Positions 23,395 through 24,191 of a DNA stretch of 24,191 nucleotides are shown in pieces. The position numbers and the translations under genes are program-made. The notes beneath the pieces are model-generated. The model saw only the letters and a program-made list of their open reading frames with translations. It had not been told where the DNA came from and ran no database searches. Numbering within the stretch: position 1 is the stretch's first letter; the number at the start of each line of letters is the position of its first letter. This DNA comes from Thermoleophilaceae bacterium. GTDB taxonomy: Bacteria; Actinomycetota; Thermoleophilia; Solirubrobacterales; Thermoleophilaceae. Location of the stretch: positions 1-24,191 of the forward strand of contig DASQER010000280.1 of NCBI GenBank assembly GCA_035633575.1. Direction: 5' to 3'.

Positions 23395-24191
23395 GTGAGC
23401 GCGCGCGCATGGGCGCTGTTCGCGACGGTCTCCGTGATCTGGGGCATGCCGTACCTGTTCATCAAGATCGCGGTGGACGAGATGTCCCCGAGCGTGGTCG
23501 CCTGGTCGCGGCTCGCGCTCGCCGCGGCGGTCCTGCTTCCGGTCGCGTGGAAGCTGGGCGCGCTCCGCGGCCTCGGTGAGCGCTGGCGCATCCTCACCCT
23601 CTTCGCAGCCGTCGAGATGGCGATCCCCTGGCCGCTGATCAGCTTCGGGGAGGTGCACATCACCTCCTCGCTCGCCGCCATCCTGATCGCGGCCGTGCCG
23701 CTCTTCGTGGCCCTGATAGCGCTGCGCTTCGACCACTCCGAGCGCCCGACGCCCACACGCCTCGTCGGGATGCTGATCGGCCTGGCGGGCGTCGCGGCGC
23801 TCGTGGGCATCGACATCGGCGGGCGCACCGACGAGCTCCTGGGAGCGCTCGCGGTGCTGCTCGCCGCGTTCTGTTACGCGATCGGCCCGATGATCGTGAA
23901 GCGGCGGCTCTCCGACGTGGACCCGCTCGGGCCCGTGGCGGCGTCGCTTGCGATCGCCACCCTCCTGGTCACGCCGTTCGCCGCCGCGGACATCCCGGAC
24001 TCGGTTCCGTCGTTCGAGGCCGTGGCGTCCATCGCGGTGCTTGGCCTCGTCTGCTCGGCGCTCGCGTTCCTCTTCTTCTTCCGCCTGATCGCCGAGGTCG
24101 GCGCCGGCCGCGCGACCGTGATCACCTACGTGAACCCGGTGGTCGCCCTGGCGCTCGGAGTGGCGGTCCTCGACGAGAGCGTCACCACCGG
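23395..24191 (+). CDS. EamA/DMT family transporter (3' end truncated by the window)
   Basis: Open frame from GTG 23395 to the window end, so it is absent from the track. It reads WALFATVSVIWGMPYLFIKIAV...AWSRLALAA...ITSSLAAILIAAVPLF...GLVCSALAFLFFFRLIAEVGAGRATVITYVNPVVALALG. Confidence 0.93.
   Translation, partial: MSARAWALFATVSVIWGMPYLFIKIAVDEMSPSVVAWSRLALAAAVLLPVAWKLGALRGLGERWRILTLFAAVEMAIPWPLISFGEVHITSSLAAILIAAVPLFVALIALRFDHSERPTPTRLVGMLIGLAGVAALVGIDIGGRTDELLGALAVLLAAFCYAIGPMIVKRRLSDVDPLGPVAASLAIATLLVTPFAAADIPDSVPSFEAVASIAVLGLVCSALAFLFFFRLIAEVGAGRATVITYVNPVVALALGVAVLDESVTT

Overview
A ~72% GC chromosomal window from an actinobacterium. The protein families and the leaderless-style promoters suggest class Thermoleophilia/Solirubrobacterales, which is an inference. 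No tRNA, rRNA, CRISPR array or mobile element was recognised. Left to right: (1) a minus-strand dipeptide-epimerase (enolase superfamily) + DUF1611 pair, resembling dgcA-dgcN D-glutamate genes; (2) a small 4-Cys protein and a lipoprotein; (3) a complete Mce lipid-transport locus (yrbEA-yrbEB-mceG plus six stop/start-overlapping MCE genes) with no Mam/Mas genes, followed by an MMPL/RND transporter, a membrane-anchored atypical thioredoxin-fold protein and a stand-alone B3/4 (PheRS editing-like) protein; (4) two hypothetical genes plus a half-size VOC protein; (5) a structured intergenic region, an mIHF-like nucleoid protein and pyruvate kinase; (6) a CGNR zinc-finger regulator divergent from two small ORFs and an EamA/DMT transporter cut by the window end. 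The best candidate for an under-described system is the Mce + MMPL + thioredoxin-like + B3/4 cluster in a lineage presumed to lack a mycomembrane. Several non-coding signals also merit follow-up: an SD/anti-SD switch before yrbEA, a paired operator at the CGNR promoter, a candidate sRNA, and a 32-aa ORF that duplicates the 5' end of eamA.
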